This document shows, piece after piece, positions 41,058 through 51,441 of a stretch of 64,000 nt of DNA. Each line of letters begins with the position of its first letter. Position 1 is the stretch's first letter. A model generated the notes under the pieces. The model had not been told where the DNA came from. It searched no databases and saw only the letters and a list, made by a program, of their open reading frames with translations. Origin of the DNA: an uncultured delta proteobacterium (lineage in GTDB: Bacteria; Myxococcota_A; UBA9160; SMWR01); contig CAWHTE010000002.1 in NCBI GenBank assembly GCA_963832165.1, positions 96,001 through 160,000 on the forward strand, in the 5' to 3' direction. A program made the translations under genes and the position numbers.

Positions 41058-42577
41058 TGGAGCCTTGCGGCTCGCTCGCGGAGCTGCGCGCGGCGCTCGA
41101 CGGCGGCCGCACCAGCGCAGCGGAGCTGGTGGAGCAGAGCCTCGCGCGCGCCGAGGCGCTGGAGCCCGTGCTGCACGCGTTCGTGCGGTTGCGAGCGGAC
41201 GCGGCTCGCGCAGAGGCGCGCGAGTCGGATGCGCGCCGCGCGCGCGGCGAGCGGCGCTCGCTGCTCGACGGCATCCCGGTGGCGATCAAGGACAACCTGG
41301 TCCAGTCCGGTGAGCCGACCACCTGCGCGTCGCGGATCCTCGAAGGTTTCGTCTCGCCCTACGACTCCACCGCGGTCGAGAAGCTGCGCGCCGCGGGTGC
41401 GATCCTGATCGGTGCCACCAACCTCGACGAATTCGCGATGGGCTCGTCGACCGAGAACTCGGCGTTCGGACCTTCGCGCAATCCCTGGAATCCCGCGCGC
41501 ACGCCGGGCGGCTCGTCGGGCGGCTCGGCCGCGGCGGTCGCGGCTGGCGTCGTGCCGATCGCCTTCGGCAGCGACACGGGCGGGTCGATCCGCCAGCCCG
41601 CGTCGTTCTGCGGGGTGGTCGGCGTGAAGCCGACCTACGGCCGCGTCTCGCGCTGGGGGCTGGTCGCGTTCGCGTCCTCGCTCGATCAGATCGGCGTGTT
41701 CGCGCGCAGCGCCGCCGACGCGGCCGCCGCGCTCGAGGTGATCTGCGGGCACGATCCGCGCGATTCCACTTCGCTGCCCGAGCCCGCGCCGCGCCTCGCG
41801 AGCGCGCTCACGGGCGACGTGTCCGGCCTCGTGATCGGTCTGCCGCGCGAGTACTTCGTCTCTGATGGAGCCGACCCCGCCGTGCTCGGTGCGGTACGCG
41901 CGGCCGTGGCCGAGCTCGAGTCGTCCGGGGCGAAGGTGCAGGAGGTCGCGCTGCCCCACACGCCGCACGCAGTGGCCGCCTACTACCTGATCGCCACCGC
42001 AGAGGCGTCGAGCAACCTCGCGCGCTACGACGGCGTGCGGTACGGACACCGCGCGGGCGGCGCGCACAGCCTCACCGACATGTATCTGCGCACGCGCTCG
42101 GAGGGGTTCGGCGCGGAGGTGAAGCGCCGGATCATTCTCGGCACCTACGTGCTCTCGGCGGGCTACTACGACGCCTACTACCGCAAGGCACAGCAGGTGC
42201 GCACCCTCCTGCGCCGGGACTTCGAAGCCGCGTTCCGCGGCTGCGACGTGCTCGCGACGCCCACGTGCCCCGAGGTGGCGTTCGAGATCGGCGCGAAGTC
42301 GGGCGATCCGGTGCGCATGTACCTCTCGGACGTCTACACGGTGTCGGCGAACCTGGCCGGGTTGCCCGGTGTCTCGCTGCCGTGCGGAAGCAGCGAGGGC
42401 CTTCCGATCGGACTGCAGCTGCTCGCGCCCGCGCTCGACGAGGTGACGCTCTTGCGCGTGGCCGACGCCTATCAGCGCCGCACACAGCACCACCTCGCGC
42501 GCCCGCCGGAGCTCGCAAGTCGCGCGCAGCGAGCTGCAAGTCTCGCGCAGCGAGCCGAAGGCGAGCGAAGTCCATGA
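41057..42577 (+). CDS. gatA: Asp/Glu-tRNA amidotransferase subunit A
   Basis: [48 protein letters not shown]. Confidence 0.96.
   Translation: MEPCGSLAELRAALDGGRTSAAELVEQSLARAEALEPVLHAFVRLRADAARAEARESDARRARGERRSLLDGIPVAIKDNLVQSGEPTTCASRILEGFVSPYDSTAVEKLRAAGAILIGATNLDEFAMGSSTENSAFGPSRNPWNPARTPGGSSGGSAAAVAAGVVPIAFGSDTGGSIRQPASFCGVVGVKPTYGRVSRWGLVAFASSLDQIGVFARSAADAAAALEVICGHDPRDSTSLPEPAPRLASALTGDVSGLVIGLPREYFVSDGADPAVLGAVRAAVAELESSGAKVQEVALPHTPHAVAAYYLIATAEASSNLARYDGVRYGHRAGGAHSLTDMYLRTRSEGFGAEVKRRIILGTYVLSAGYYDAYYRKAQQVRTLLRRDFEAAFRGCDVLATPTCPEVAFEIGAKSGDPVRMYLSDVYTVSANLAGLPGVSLPCGSSEGLPIGLQLLAPALDEVTLLRVADAYQRRTQHHLARPPELASRAQRAASLAQRAEGERSP
42515..42569 (+). repeat. Short repeat element (two 21-nt tandem units) in the gatA 3' end
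   Basis: GCAAGTC(G/T)CGCGCAGCGAGC x2. 42536-42569 matches the reverse complement of 51370-51403 with 2 mismatches. Confidence 0.7.
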
Positions 42578-42601
42578 GACGAGCCGAGCGAAGGCCATGA
42601 G

Positions 42602-44071
42602 ATGAGCGCGCGCGACTACGAACCGGTGATCGGGCTCGAGGTGCACAGCCAGCTGCGGACCGCCTCGAAGCTGTTCAGCCCCGCGCCCGTCTCCTTCGGC
42701 CTGCCGCCGAACCACGGCGTCCATCCGATCTGCCTCGCGCTGCCGGGCGTGCTGCCCGTGCTCAACCGGCGCGCAGTCGAGCTCGCGATCCGGGCCGGTC
42801 TCGCCACGCACGGCGAGGTGCGGCGGCACTCGGTGTTCGCGCGCAAGAACTACTTCTACCCCGATCTGCCCAAGGGCTATCAGATCTCGCAGTACGAGGA
42901 GCCCGTGATCGCGGGAGGCTGGCTCGACGTGGTGGTCGAGCAAAACGGCTCCGCGCGCACACAGCGAGTCCGGCTCGTGCGCATCCACCTCGAGGAGGAT
43001 GCGGGCAAGTCGATCCACGACCCCGCGATCGCGGGCGGCACCACCCACGTCGACCTGAACCGCGCAGGCGTGCCGCTGCTCGAGATCGTCTCGGAGCCCG
43101 ACATGCGTTCGGCCGACGAGGCCATCGCCTATCTGCGCACGCTGCGCTCGGTGTTGCGTTACATCGACGTCTCCGACGCCGACATGGAGCGCGGCCACTT
43201 CCGCTGCGACGTGAACATCTCGCTGCGCCCGGTCGGCAGCGAGACACTCGGCACGCGCACCGAGATCAAGAACCTCAACTCGTTCCGCTCGATCGAGGCG
43301 GCGCTCGCCGCGGAGATCCGCCGCCAGGCCGACGTGCTCGACTCCGGCGGCTCGGTGGTACAGGCGACGATGGCGTTCGATCCCGAGAGCGGGCGCACGC
43401 GCGTGTTGCGGCTCAAGGAGAATGCCGACGACTATCGCTATTTCCCCGACCCCGACCTCGTGCCGCTCGTGCTCTCGGATGCCGAGATCGAGGCGGTGCG
43501 CGCGCAGCTGCCCGAGCTCGCCGACGCGCGCTGCGCGCGCTACCAGCACGAGTTCGCGCTGTCCGAGTACGACTCGCGCGCTCTCACCGCGAGCCGCGCG
43601 CTCGCCGACCTGTTCGAAGCGGCAGTGGCCGCGTCGCCCTCGCGCGATCGCGCGAAGCCGATCGCGAACTGGCTGCTGCGCGACGTGCAGCGCGTGCTCA
43701 AGGAGCGCGAGCTCGAGATCGAGAGCGCACGCGTGACCCCGCGCGCGCTCGCCGACCTCGTCGATGCCGTGGAGACGGGTAAGACTACGGTGCAGAGCGC
43801 GCGCGGCCTCGTGCCCGAGCTCGTGGAGCGGGGGGGTGATCCGCTCGCATGGATCCGCGAGCGCGGTCTCGAGGCGGTGTCGGACGTCGACGTGATCGGC
43901 CGAGCCGTCGACGAAGTGATCCAGGACCACCCGGCCGACGTCGAACGCGTGCGAGCGGGAGAGGCGAAGGTGCTGAACTTCCTGATTGGCCAGGTGATGA
44001 AGCGGACCGGCGGCAAGGCGAGTCCGCAGGTGGTGCGCGAGCGACTCGCGGCGCGGATCGGTGTCTCGTGA
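42602..44071 (+). CDS. gatB: Asp/Glu-tRNA amidotransferase subunit B
   Basis: IGLEVH.QL, RKNYFYPDLPKGYQISQ, HLEEDAGK, RCDVN.S, EIKNLNS, DYRYFPDPDL. Confidence 0.97.
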   Translation: MSARDYEPVIGLEVHSQLRTASKLFSPAPVSFGLPPNHGVHPICLALPGVLPVLNRRAVELAIRAGLATHGEVRRHSVFARKNYFYPDLPKGYQISQYEEPVIAGGWLDVVVEQNGSARTQRVRLVRIHLEEDAGKSIHDPAIAGGTTHVDLNRAGVPLLEIVSEPDMRSADEAIAYLRTLRSVLRYIDVSDADMERGHFRCDVNISLRPVGSETLGTRTEIKNLNSFRSIEAALAAEIRRQADVLDSGGSVVQATMAFDPESGRTRVLRLKENADDYRYFPDPDLVPLVLSDAEIEAVRAQLPELADARCARYQHEFALSEYDSRALTASRALADLFEAAVAASPSRDRAKPIANWLLRDVQRVLKERELEIESARVTPRALADLVDAVETGKTTVQSARGLVPELVERGGDPLAWIRERGLEAVSDVDVIGRAVDEVIQDHPADVERVRAGEAKVLNFLIGQVMKRTGGKASPQVVRERLAARIGVS

Positions 44072-46002
44072 AGTGGCTGCTGCGCGCGGGAGTGGCGGTG
44101 GTGGCGCTCGCGGTGCTCGCGCTCGGCGTGCTCTTCTGGGCGCTGCCGCGGCTCGCGAAGAGCGAGGCGGCGCGCGCAAAGATCCAGGCGGCGGCGCAGG
44201 CCGCGCTCGGCCGCGAGCTCCGCTACGGAGAGATCGGCGTGGGCCTGCTGCCGCCCTCGCTGCTCGTCGAAGAGCCGGTTGTTGCGGGCGCAGCCGAAGG
44301 CGATCCGCCGCTCGCGAGTGCGAAGCGCGTGGCGCTGCGCGTCGAGCTGTGGCCGCTCCTGCGCGGGCAGCTCGAGGTCGCGTCGCTCGCGGTCGACGGC
44401 CTCGCGCTCCACCTCGTGCGAACCGCGGACGGCCTGGTGCTGCCGGGGTCGGAGCGTCCCGAGGCGGAGCCGCCCGCACCGGCCGAGCCCGAGTCGCCGC
44501 CTGAACCGGGCGAGGACGGCGGGCTCGCGTTCGGGATCCGGAAGGTCGCGCTGAACGACGGATCGCTCGTGCTCGAGGACCGCAGCGCTTCTCCGAGCAC
44601 CACCTGGACCATCGCCGACATCGACGTCGACGCGCGCAGCGCCGCCGCGAACGAGCCGGTCGCGATCGAGGGCACGCTCACCGACGTGAAGGGTGGGGCG
44701 CTCGCGGTCGAGGGCGCGGTCGCGCTCGAGGCCGAGCTCGACCGGTTGGGCGCGGGCGCGCGTGGGCCGTTCTCGATCGACGCGCACGCCGCGCGGGTGA
44801 ACTGGGGAGCGGATCTGCGCAAGCCCGCGGATACGCCTGCGAAGCTCTCCGGTCGGATCGCGCCCGACGAGACGGGCGCGCTCGCGATCGACGACCTCGT
44901 GCTCGAATTGCACAACCTCGTCGCGCGCGGCTCGCTGCGCACGGCGCCGCGCACCGAGCTGCGTTTGTCGGCCGAGCCCTTCGCGCTCGACGGCTGGGAC
45001 GCGCTCGTGCCGGCGGTCGGTGTCGTTGCGCCGACCGGGCGCATCGCGATCCCCGAGCTCGCGCTCACGACCGATCCGATCGCGGTGCGCGGCCAGATCG
45101 CGCTCGACGGCCTCGTCGCGACCCCGCCCGATCTGGCGCCGGTCGCGCTGCAGGGCTCGGTCGAGCTGCTCGGCAGCGAGCTGCGCACGCGCGATCTCGT
45201 CGCGCGCGCGGCCGAGCAGCCGATCCGCATCGATGCGAGCGTGAAGCAGCTGTTCGACGCGCCGAGCTACTCGGTCGCGTTCGAGACGAAGGGCGCCGAC
45301 AGCAACGAGCTGCTCGCGGGCTATGCGAAGCAGCGCGATCGCCTGCACGGTCCGCTCGACGCGAAGGGCACGCTGCGCGGCACCACGGGCGGTGATGCGT
45401 CGTTCCTCGACGCGCTCTCGGGCGACATCGCACTCGACATCGTGGGCGGGCGGATCGTGGGGGCCTCGCTGCTCGAAGCGGTGCTGGGCTCGCTGGGCGG
45501 TCGCATCGGCAACGCGCTGCGCCAGCAGGGAAACAAAGACTGGGAGCGCTTCACGAGCGATCAGTTCGAGTCGCTGCACGCCACGCTCCAGATCGCGGAC
45601 GGCCAGCTCGTGACCGCACCCGTGGCGCTCACCTATCCCGATTGGGGCGCGCAGCTCGAAGGTCCGATCCGGCTCGCCGATCTCGCGCTCGATCTCGAGG
45701 GCCGGCTCACGATCGAAGGTCCGCTCGATGCCGCGCTCGCGCGCGCGTTCGGCGCAGGCAGTGAGTACGTGCCCGAGCCGCGCGTGATCGAGCTCACCTC
45801 CGTACGCGGACAGCTCGGTGCACCCAAGGTGCAGATCGCCGGCAGATCGATCGCCACGCTCGCCACTGCATACGCCGGCAACCGCCAGCTCGATGAGCTC
45901 AAGAAGCGCGTCGAGAAAGAGCTCGGGCCCGGCTCGGGCGATCTGGTCGACCAGGGTCTCGAAGCGCTGCAGGGGATCCTGGGCGGGCAGGGCGGAAAGT
46001 AG
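44068..46002 (+). CDS. AsmA-family protein
   Basis: GTG overlapping the gatB stop; N-terminal TM, ALGREL, LWPLLRG.LEV, beta-rich body. Confidence 0.78.
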   Translation: MKWLLRAGVAVVALAVLALGVLFWALPRLAKSEAARAKIQAAAQAALGRELRYGEIGVGLLPPSLLVEEPVVAGAAEGDPPLASAKRVALRVELWPLLRGQLEVASLAVDGLALHLVRTADGLVLPGSERPEAEPPAPAEPESPPEPGEDGGLAFGIRKVALNDGSLVLEDRSASPSTTWTIADIDVDARSAAANEPVAIEGTLTDVKGGALAVEGAVALEAELDRLGAGARGPFSIDAHAARVNWGADLRKPADTPAKLSGRIAPDETGALAIDDLVLELHNLVARGSLRTAPRTELRLSAEPFALDGWDALVPAVGVVAPTGRIAIPELALTTDPIAVRGQIALDGLVATPPDLAPVALQGSVELLGSELRTRDLVARAAEQPIRIDASVKQLFDAPSYSVAFETKGADSNELLAGYAKQRDRLHGPLDAKGTLRGTTGGDASFLDALSGDIALDIVGGRIVGASLLEAVLGSLGGRIGNALRQQGNKDWERFTSDQFESLHATLQIADGQLVTAPVALTYPDWGAQLEGPIRLADLALDLEGRLTIEGPLDAALARAFGAGSEYVPEPRVIELTSVRGQLGAPKVQIAGRSIATLATAYAGNRQLDELKKRVEKELGPGSGDLVDQGLEALQGILGGQGGK

Positions 46003-46081
46003 ACCCGCTGCGGGGATTTCCCGTCAAGTTTCCTCGATGAACGGGCGATGCAGGAATGCTGATAACGAGGAACCCCCCTGG

Positions 46082-48025
46082 ATGTCGGCCAGCGTCCTGT
46101 ACGTCGACGACGACCGGAATTTGTGTCAGATCGTCGCGAGAGCTCTTTCGGGCGAGGGGTATTCGGTCCGGACCTGCCACGACGGCGCTGAGGCGCTCGC
46201 GGTAGTCGCCGAAGATCTGCCCGACCTGATGCTGCTCGACCTGAAGCTGCCGCGCCGCGACGGCTTCCAGGTGCTCAGCGAGCTGCGCAAGAGCGACGGC
46301 GAGATGCGCGAGCTGCCCGTGGTCGTGCTCACGGGTGCGCCGACACCGACCTGCGCCCAGCGCGCGAGCGAGCTCAAGGCGGTCGACCTGCTCACGAAGC
46401 CGGTCTCGCTCGAGCGATTGCTCGAGGTGGTGTCGCGCTGCGTCGCGGGCGCGAAGCGCGAGGTCGCGGCGCAGCCGCGCGCCGGGGCGAGCGCGGCCAA
46501 GCGCGGCGGCTCGGGCAACCTCGAGCGCGTCGCGTTCCCGGCGCTGCTCCACCACCTGCACGGGCTGCGCGCGTCCGGCACGCTGCAGCTCGAGACCGAG
46601 AAGAAGCGCAAGTGGGTCGAGCTGCGCGATGGCTACCCGATCTCGGTGCGGTCGAACCTGATGCGAGAGACCCTCTCGCACCACCTGTTGCGCACGGGAC
46701 GTGTCTCGCGCGAAGTGCTCGAGCAATCGCGTCGCGACGCGGAGAAGAACGGCGTACGCCACGGCGAGATCCTCGTAGCGATGCACGCGCTCTCCGAGGA
46801 GCAGGTGACCGAGGCGTTGCGCGAGCAGGCCGACGAGAAGTTCTTCGAGATCTTCTCGTGGCCGACTGGCACGTTCCGCTTCCAGCGCGGCGCCAAGCTC
46901 GAGCGCTCGAACGCGCTCGGGCTCGGGCGCAGCCCCGTGAGCCTGATCCTGTACGGCGTGCGCGGGCGCTTCCCGCTCGCGCGCGTCGACGGCTACTTCT
47001 CGAGCCACGCGGGCCGCTATCTCGCGCACGCCGAGAGTCCGTTCTACCGCTTCCAGGACCTGTCGGTCGATGCGGCCGACGGCGCGTTCCTGCGCGGGAT
47101 CGACGGCAGCCGGAAGCTCGGCGAGTTCCGCGGCGACGACGAGCACCTGCGCCGGATGATCTACGCGCTGCTTGCCGCGGGCATGCTCGAGCTGCGCGCG
47201 AAGGGAACGGAGCCCGCCGTGCATCGTGTGAGCGCACACGCCGCGACGCATCCCGTGCAGGAGCACGTGATGCCGCACCCGGGGCACGACCGCCGGCAGG
47301 ACGACCCGCGCCAGGCCGAGCTGATGGCGCTCAACGATCAGCTCGGCGCAAAGGACGCGTGGGAAGTACTCGGCGTCGCAAAGGGCGCGGCCGATAGCCA
47401 GGTGCGGGCCGCCTACGAGCAGCTGGCTGCGCGCGCGCATCCCGATCGCTTCTCGGACGGGAGCCAGGCGCTGCGCGCGCTCGCGGAAGAGGTGTTCGGC
47501 CGCGTGCGCACGGCCTACGAGACCCTGACCGATCCGCGCCAGAAACAGCTCCACGCGCTCGCGGCCAAGAAGCTCGAGCGCAAGGACAAGGAGCGCGAGC
47601 GCACCGACCGCGCGTTCACGGCCGAGGTGGAGTGCCGCAAGGGTGTGGCCGCGCTCAACGCGCGCAGCTACGAGGCCGCGCTCGCCCACTTCGGCAAGGC
47701 GCTCGAGCTCTACCCGGACGAAGGCGATCACCACGCCTACTACGGCTACGTGCTGCACCTGTGCCATCCCGGCGATGCCTCGATGGCGGCGGAGGCGATC
47801 GAGCACATCAAGCGCGGCATCAAGCTGGCGAGCCATGCCGAGAAGCCCTACCTGTTCCTCGGCCGGCTGAACAAAGCGGTCGGCCGCGCGGACTACGCGG
47901 AGAGGATGTTCGTGCGCGCCGTGCAGATCGAGCCGAAGTGCGCCGAGGCGATCAGCGAGCTGCGGCTGATCCAGATGCGGCGCGAGAAATCCAAGGGACT
48001 CCTCGGTAAGCTGTTCCGTCGCTGA
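46082..48025 (+). CDS. Response regulator receiver + DUF4388-like + DnaJ + TPR protein
   Basis: VLYVDDD, LLDLKLP..DG, LT, TKP; SGTL.L....K..V.L.DG.P; EVLGV...VRAAY..LA..AHPDRF; C-terminal TPRs. Confidence 0.85.
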   Translation: MSASVLYVDDDRNLCQIVARALSGEGYSVRTCHDGAEALAVVAEDLPDLMLLDLKLPRRDGFQVLSELRKSDGEMRELPVVVLTGAPTPTCAQRASELKAVDLLTKPVSLERLLEVVSRCVAGAKREVAAQPRAGASAAKRGGSGNLERVAFPALLHHLHGLRASGTLQLETEKKRKWVELRDGYPISVRSNLMRETLSHHLLRTGRVSREVLEQSRRDAEKNGVRHGEILVAMHALSEEQVTEALREQADEKFFEIFSWPTGTFRFQRGAKLERSNALGLGRSPVSLILYGVRGRFPLARVDGYFSSHAGRYLAHAESPFYRFQDLSVDAADGAFLRGIDGSRKLGEFRGDDEHLRRMIYALLAAGMLELRAKGTEPAVHRVSAHAATHPVQEHVMPHPGHDRRQDDPRQAELMALNDQLGAKDAWEVLGVAKGAADSQVRAAYEQLAARAHPDRFSDGSQALRALAEEVFGRVRTAYETLTDPRQKQLHALAAKKLERKDKERERTDRAFTAEVECRKGVAALNARSYEAALAHFGKALELYPDEGDHHAYYGYVLHLCHPGDASMAAEAIEHIKRGIKLASHAEKPYLFLGRLNKAVGRADYAERMFVRAVQIEPKCAEAISELRLIQMRREKSKGLLGKLFRR

Positions 48026-48060
48026 GTCCTTCCGGGCTGCGACCCGAGGAGCGACCCTGA

Positions 48061-48981
48061 ATGGCGAAGGTCACCGGTGAAGCGATCTGGCTCGACGGCC
48101 AGTTCGTGGCGTGGGACGCCGCGCGCGTCCACGTACTGACCCACACCCTCCACTACGGGCTCGGCGTGTTCGAGGGCATCCGCTGCTACCAGACCGCCGA
48201 CGGGCGCTCGGCCGTGTTCCGGCTCGGCGAGCATCTGCGCCGGCTCTACGACTCCGCGCATATCAACCTGATGAAGATTCCGTTCGAGCGCGCGCAGATC
48301 GAGCAGGCGTGTCTCGAGACGCTGCGGCGCAACCACCTGCCCGCGGGCTACCTGCGCCCGCTCGTATTCCTGGGCGACGGCGAGATGGGGCTCAACCCGG
48401 GCGGCAACGCGGTCCGCGTCGCGGTCATCGCGTGGGCGTGGGGCAAGTATCTGGGCGAAGAGGGCATGCAGCGCGGCATCCGCGCCAAGATCTCGAGCTT
48501 CAGCCGCCACTTCGTGAACTCGAAGATGACCAAGGGCAAGACCTGCGGCGACTACGTGAACTCGATCCTCGCCAAACGCGAGGCGCTGCTCGACGGCTAC
48601 GACGAGGCGATCATGCTCGACTCGCAGGGGCTCGTGTCGGAGGCGTCCGGCGAGAACATCTTCGTCGCGCGCGACGGCATTCTCGCGACGCCCCCGCTCT
48701 ACGGCGTGCTCGGCGGAATCACGCGTGCGACGGTGATCGAGCTCGCGAAGGACAAGGGCATCCCCGTCGAGGAGCGCGCGATCACGCGCGACGAGCTCTA
48801 CACCGCCGACGAGGTGTTCCTGACCGGCACCGCGGCGGAGCTCACGCCGATTCGCGAGATCGACCGGCGCGAGATCGGCGCCGGCACGCGCGGTCCGATC
48901 GCCACGACACTCCAGAAGGCGTTCTTCGACGTCGTTTCGGGGCGCGAGGCGAAGTACGAGCGCTGGCTCACGTACGTCTAG
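48061..48981 (+). CDS. ilvE: Branched-chain amino acid aminotransferase
   Basis: [49 protein letters not shown]. Confidence 0.96.
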   Translation: MAKVTGEAIWLDGQFVAWDAARVHVLTHTLHYGLGVFEGIRCYQTADGRSAVFRLGEHLRRLYDSAHINLMKIPFERAQIEQACLETLRRNHLPAGYLRPLVFLGDGEMGLNPGGNAVRVAVIAWAWGKYLGEEGMQRGIRAKISSFSRHFVNSKMTKGKTCGDYVNSILAKREALLDGYDEAIMLDSQGLVSEASGENIFVARDGILATPPLYGVLGGITRATVIELAKDKGIPVEERAITRDELYTADEVFLTGTAAELTPIREIDRREIGAGTRGPIATTLQKAFFDVVSGREAKYERWLTYV

Positions 48982-50223
48982 AACGCGAGAGCTAGACCGG
49001 GCGCGCGCGGATCGTCGGGGTAGGGCGCCGCTGCGTCGTCGGAACCGGTGAAGTCCTCGCCCACCGAGTAGACCGCGGGCACCGAGCGCGCATAACGCAG
49101 CGGCGCGCCGTCGTAGCGATCGAGCGGCAGCGCGTCGAGGTAGTCCGGCACCAGATCCTCGAGGCGCTCGGGCAGCGCGCGCTCGGCGTCGGCGTAGGCC
49201 TTCGCGGCGATCATGACCTCGACGAGCGATACGTGGGTCTCGAACTGGCAGCGCTTGAGCTGGATGCGATCGAAGCTGCGCGCGCGCACCTCGTCGATCA
49301 CGAGCCGGCCCACGCCGTTGGGAGCGAGCAGGTCCGCGAGCCGCGGAGGAGCCACCGCAGACCCGGCCCGCTGCAGGCCCGCGTCCGCGCAGAACTGCGT
49401 CGACTTCCGGCGCTGCTCGCGGTACAGCTCCGCGAGCGCGGACGCCGTGCGGTTCGGTTGCCAGCGATAGGCGCTCGGTACCAGACGCCACCAGCCCGCC
49501 AGACCGGCCGCGTCGAGCTCGCCGAGCGCGATGAACACGCGCTCGTACTCGAGCGCCCAGACGCGCTGCCAGTCGTCGGCGCTCCAGCGCGTCGACTCGA
49601 GCAGCGCGGCGAGATCGCGCGCGGACTCGGGTGTGATGCGCGTGGTTCGCACCGCGTGCTCTAGATCGACCAGGCTCACGGTCTGGAACGCGCTCGCCAT
49701 GTAGATCCCGAACAGATCCAGGTTGTCGGCCGCGCTGACCCGCTTGCCGATCGAGAGACCGAGCGAAGCGAGCTCGATCGCATCGCGGGAGCGCCCATCG
49801 CGCAGCAGGATGCGCGCCTGTGCGCCCCCGAGCGCGATGAGCTGCTGCACCCGGAACAGCGTGGCCAGGCGATCGTCGTGGCCCGCGCGCGGGAATCCGA
49901 ACGCGGGCGCGGCGAGGCCCGCGCGCAGGAGCGTCAGCGCCGAGTCGTTCTCGAGCGACGAGCTCGCGGATCCAGTCCGGCTCCCAGGTCGCGCCCGCGC
50001 GGAACGCGTGGAAGCGCCGCCAGGTGGGCTCGTCCTTCGGCAGCCGCGCCGCGTCGGAGGCCGCCTCGAACAGCGCGAAGCCGTTCTCGGCGGCCGCGAT
50101 CGAAGTCGGCTCGAGGCGGAGGTCGCGGTCGTCCGGGGTCGGCGCGTCGCCGCGGTGCAGCGCGATCCAGCTCGGCAACGCGATCGATGCGATCGCGAGC
50201 AAAAAGCACCGAGGCGGTCGCAA
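48978..50223 (-). CDS. Hypothetical exported alpha-helical protein, apparent frameshift near 49957
   Basis: N-terminal hydrophobic segment and AENGF in one frame, continuing in another frame to [23 protein letters not shown]...VYSVG.D. Confidence 0.65.
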
Positions 50224-50344
50224 GCGAGCGTCTCACTCGCGAGGCATCGGCGAAACACGGCGCGGACCGGAGGCGGTCCGCGCGCGTGCGCGCTCGCCTC
50301 TCGGCGCCAGGCGTGGTAACTCGTCGCGCGGATGGAGCCTCCTC

Positions 50345-51328
50345 TTGCGCATCGCTGATCTCACCACGCCGGCCGTGCTCGTCGATGCGGCGGTGCTCGA
50401 GCACAACCTCGACGCGATGACCGCCGCGCTGCCGGGCGCGCGGCTGCGCCCGCACGTGAAGGCTCACAAGTGCACTGCGCTGGCGGCCCGCCAGGCTGCG
50501 AACGGACACCGCGGCTTCACGTGCGCGACGATCCGCGAGATGGAGGGGATGGCGGCCGCGGGTCTCGGCGAGGACCTGCTGCTCGCGAACGAGGTGCTCG
50601 ACGCGCGCCGGCTCGGACGACTCGACGCGCGCGTGACGGTGGCGATCGACTCGGAGGCCACGCTCGAGGCCGCGGTGAGCGGCGGCGTTCGCGAGGTGCT
50701 GATCGACGTGAACGTCGGGCTGCCGCGCTGCGGCTGTCCACCCGACGGAGCCGGTCGGCTCGCGGACCTCGCGCGGGCGCGCGGCCTCACCGTGCGCGGG
50801 GTGATGGGCTACGAGGGCCACCTGATGCTCCAGCACGATGCGGCCGAGCGCGAGCGCGGCGTCGCCGCGGCGATGGAGCAGCTGCTCGCGGCGCATCGCG
50901 ACGTCGGCGGCGAAGTGGTGTCGGCGGGCGGCACCGGCACCTATGCGATCAATCGCGCCGCGACCGAAATCCAGGCCGGCTCCTACGCGCTCATGGACAC
51001 GGCCTACGCCGCGCTCGAGCTGCCGTTCCGGCCCGCGCTCTGTCTGCTCGCGCGCGTGATCTCGGTGTCTGCCGAGTTCGCGGTGGCCGACTGCGGGCTC
51101 AAGGCGCTCGGCATGGATCACGGCAACCCATCGATCGAAGGGGCGCGCGTGTGGTTCTGCTCCGATGAGCACGTGACGTTCGCGCCCGAGCAGCGCGTCC
51201 GCGTGGGCGACTGGGTGCGCGTGGTGCCCGCCCACATCGATCCGACGCTGGCGTACCACGCGCGGATCCACCTCGTCGCCGGCGATCAGGTGGTGGACAG
51301 CTGGGAGATCGATCTGCGGGGTTGGTGA
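50345..51328 (+). CDS. DSD1-family PLP-dependent enzyme (D-threonine aldolase / D-serine dehydratase-like)
   Basis: L.TPAVLVD...LEHN, RPHVKAHKC, IDVNVG..RCG, MGYEGH, GGTGT, EIQAGSY.LMD, SDEH. Confidence 0.88.
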   Translation: MRIADLTTPAVLVDAAVLEHNLDAMTAALPGARLRPHVKAHKCTALAARQAANGHRGFTCATIREMEGMAAAGLGEDLLLANEVLDARRLGRLDARVTVAIDSEATLEAAVSGGVREVLIDVNVGLPRCGCPPDGAGRLADLARARGLTVRGVMGYEGHLMLQHDAAERERGVAAAMEQLLAAHRDVGGEVVSAGGTGTYAINRAATEIQAGSYALMDTAYAALELPFRPALCLLARVISVSAEFAVADCGLKALGMDHGNPSIEGARVWFCSDEHVTFAPEQRVRVGDWVRVVPAHIDPTLAYHARIHLVAGDQVVDSWEIDLRGW

Positions 51329-51343
51329 GGCCGGCCCCCGGTC

Positions 51344-51420
51344 GGGCGGATTGCGCCCTTCCAATGGTCTTCGCTCGCCTTCGGCTTGCTGCGCGAAACT
51401 TGCGGCTAATCCGCCCTGCG
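51344..51420 (-). repeat. REP type 2 element with an internal copy of the gatA-tail repeat
   Basis: GGGCGGATT...TAATCCGCCCTGC arms enclosing TTCGCTCGCCTTCGGCTTGCTGCGCGAAACTTGC. Confidence 0.65.
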
Positions 51421-51441
51421 ACTGGCGCCGATACGGGGTCG

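Noticed and set aside
41054..44479. 1141-aa minus-strand ORF over gatAB
   Set aside because: Antisense shadow of well-conserved gatA/gatB.
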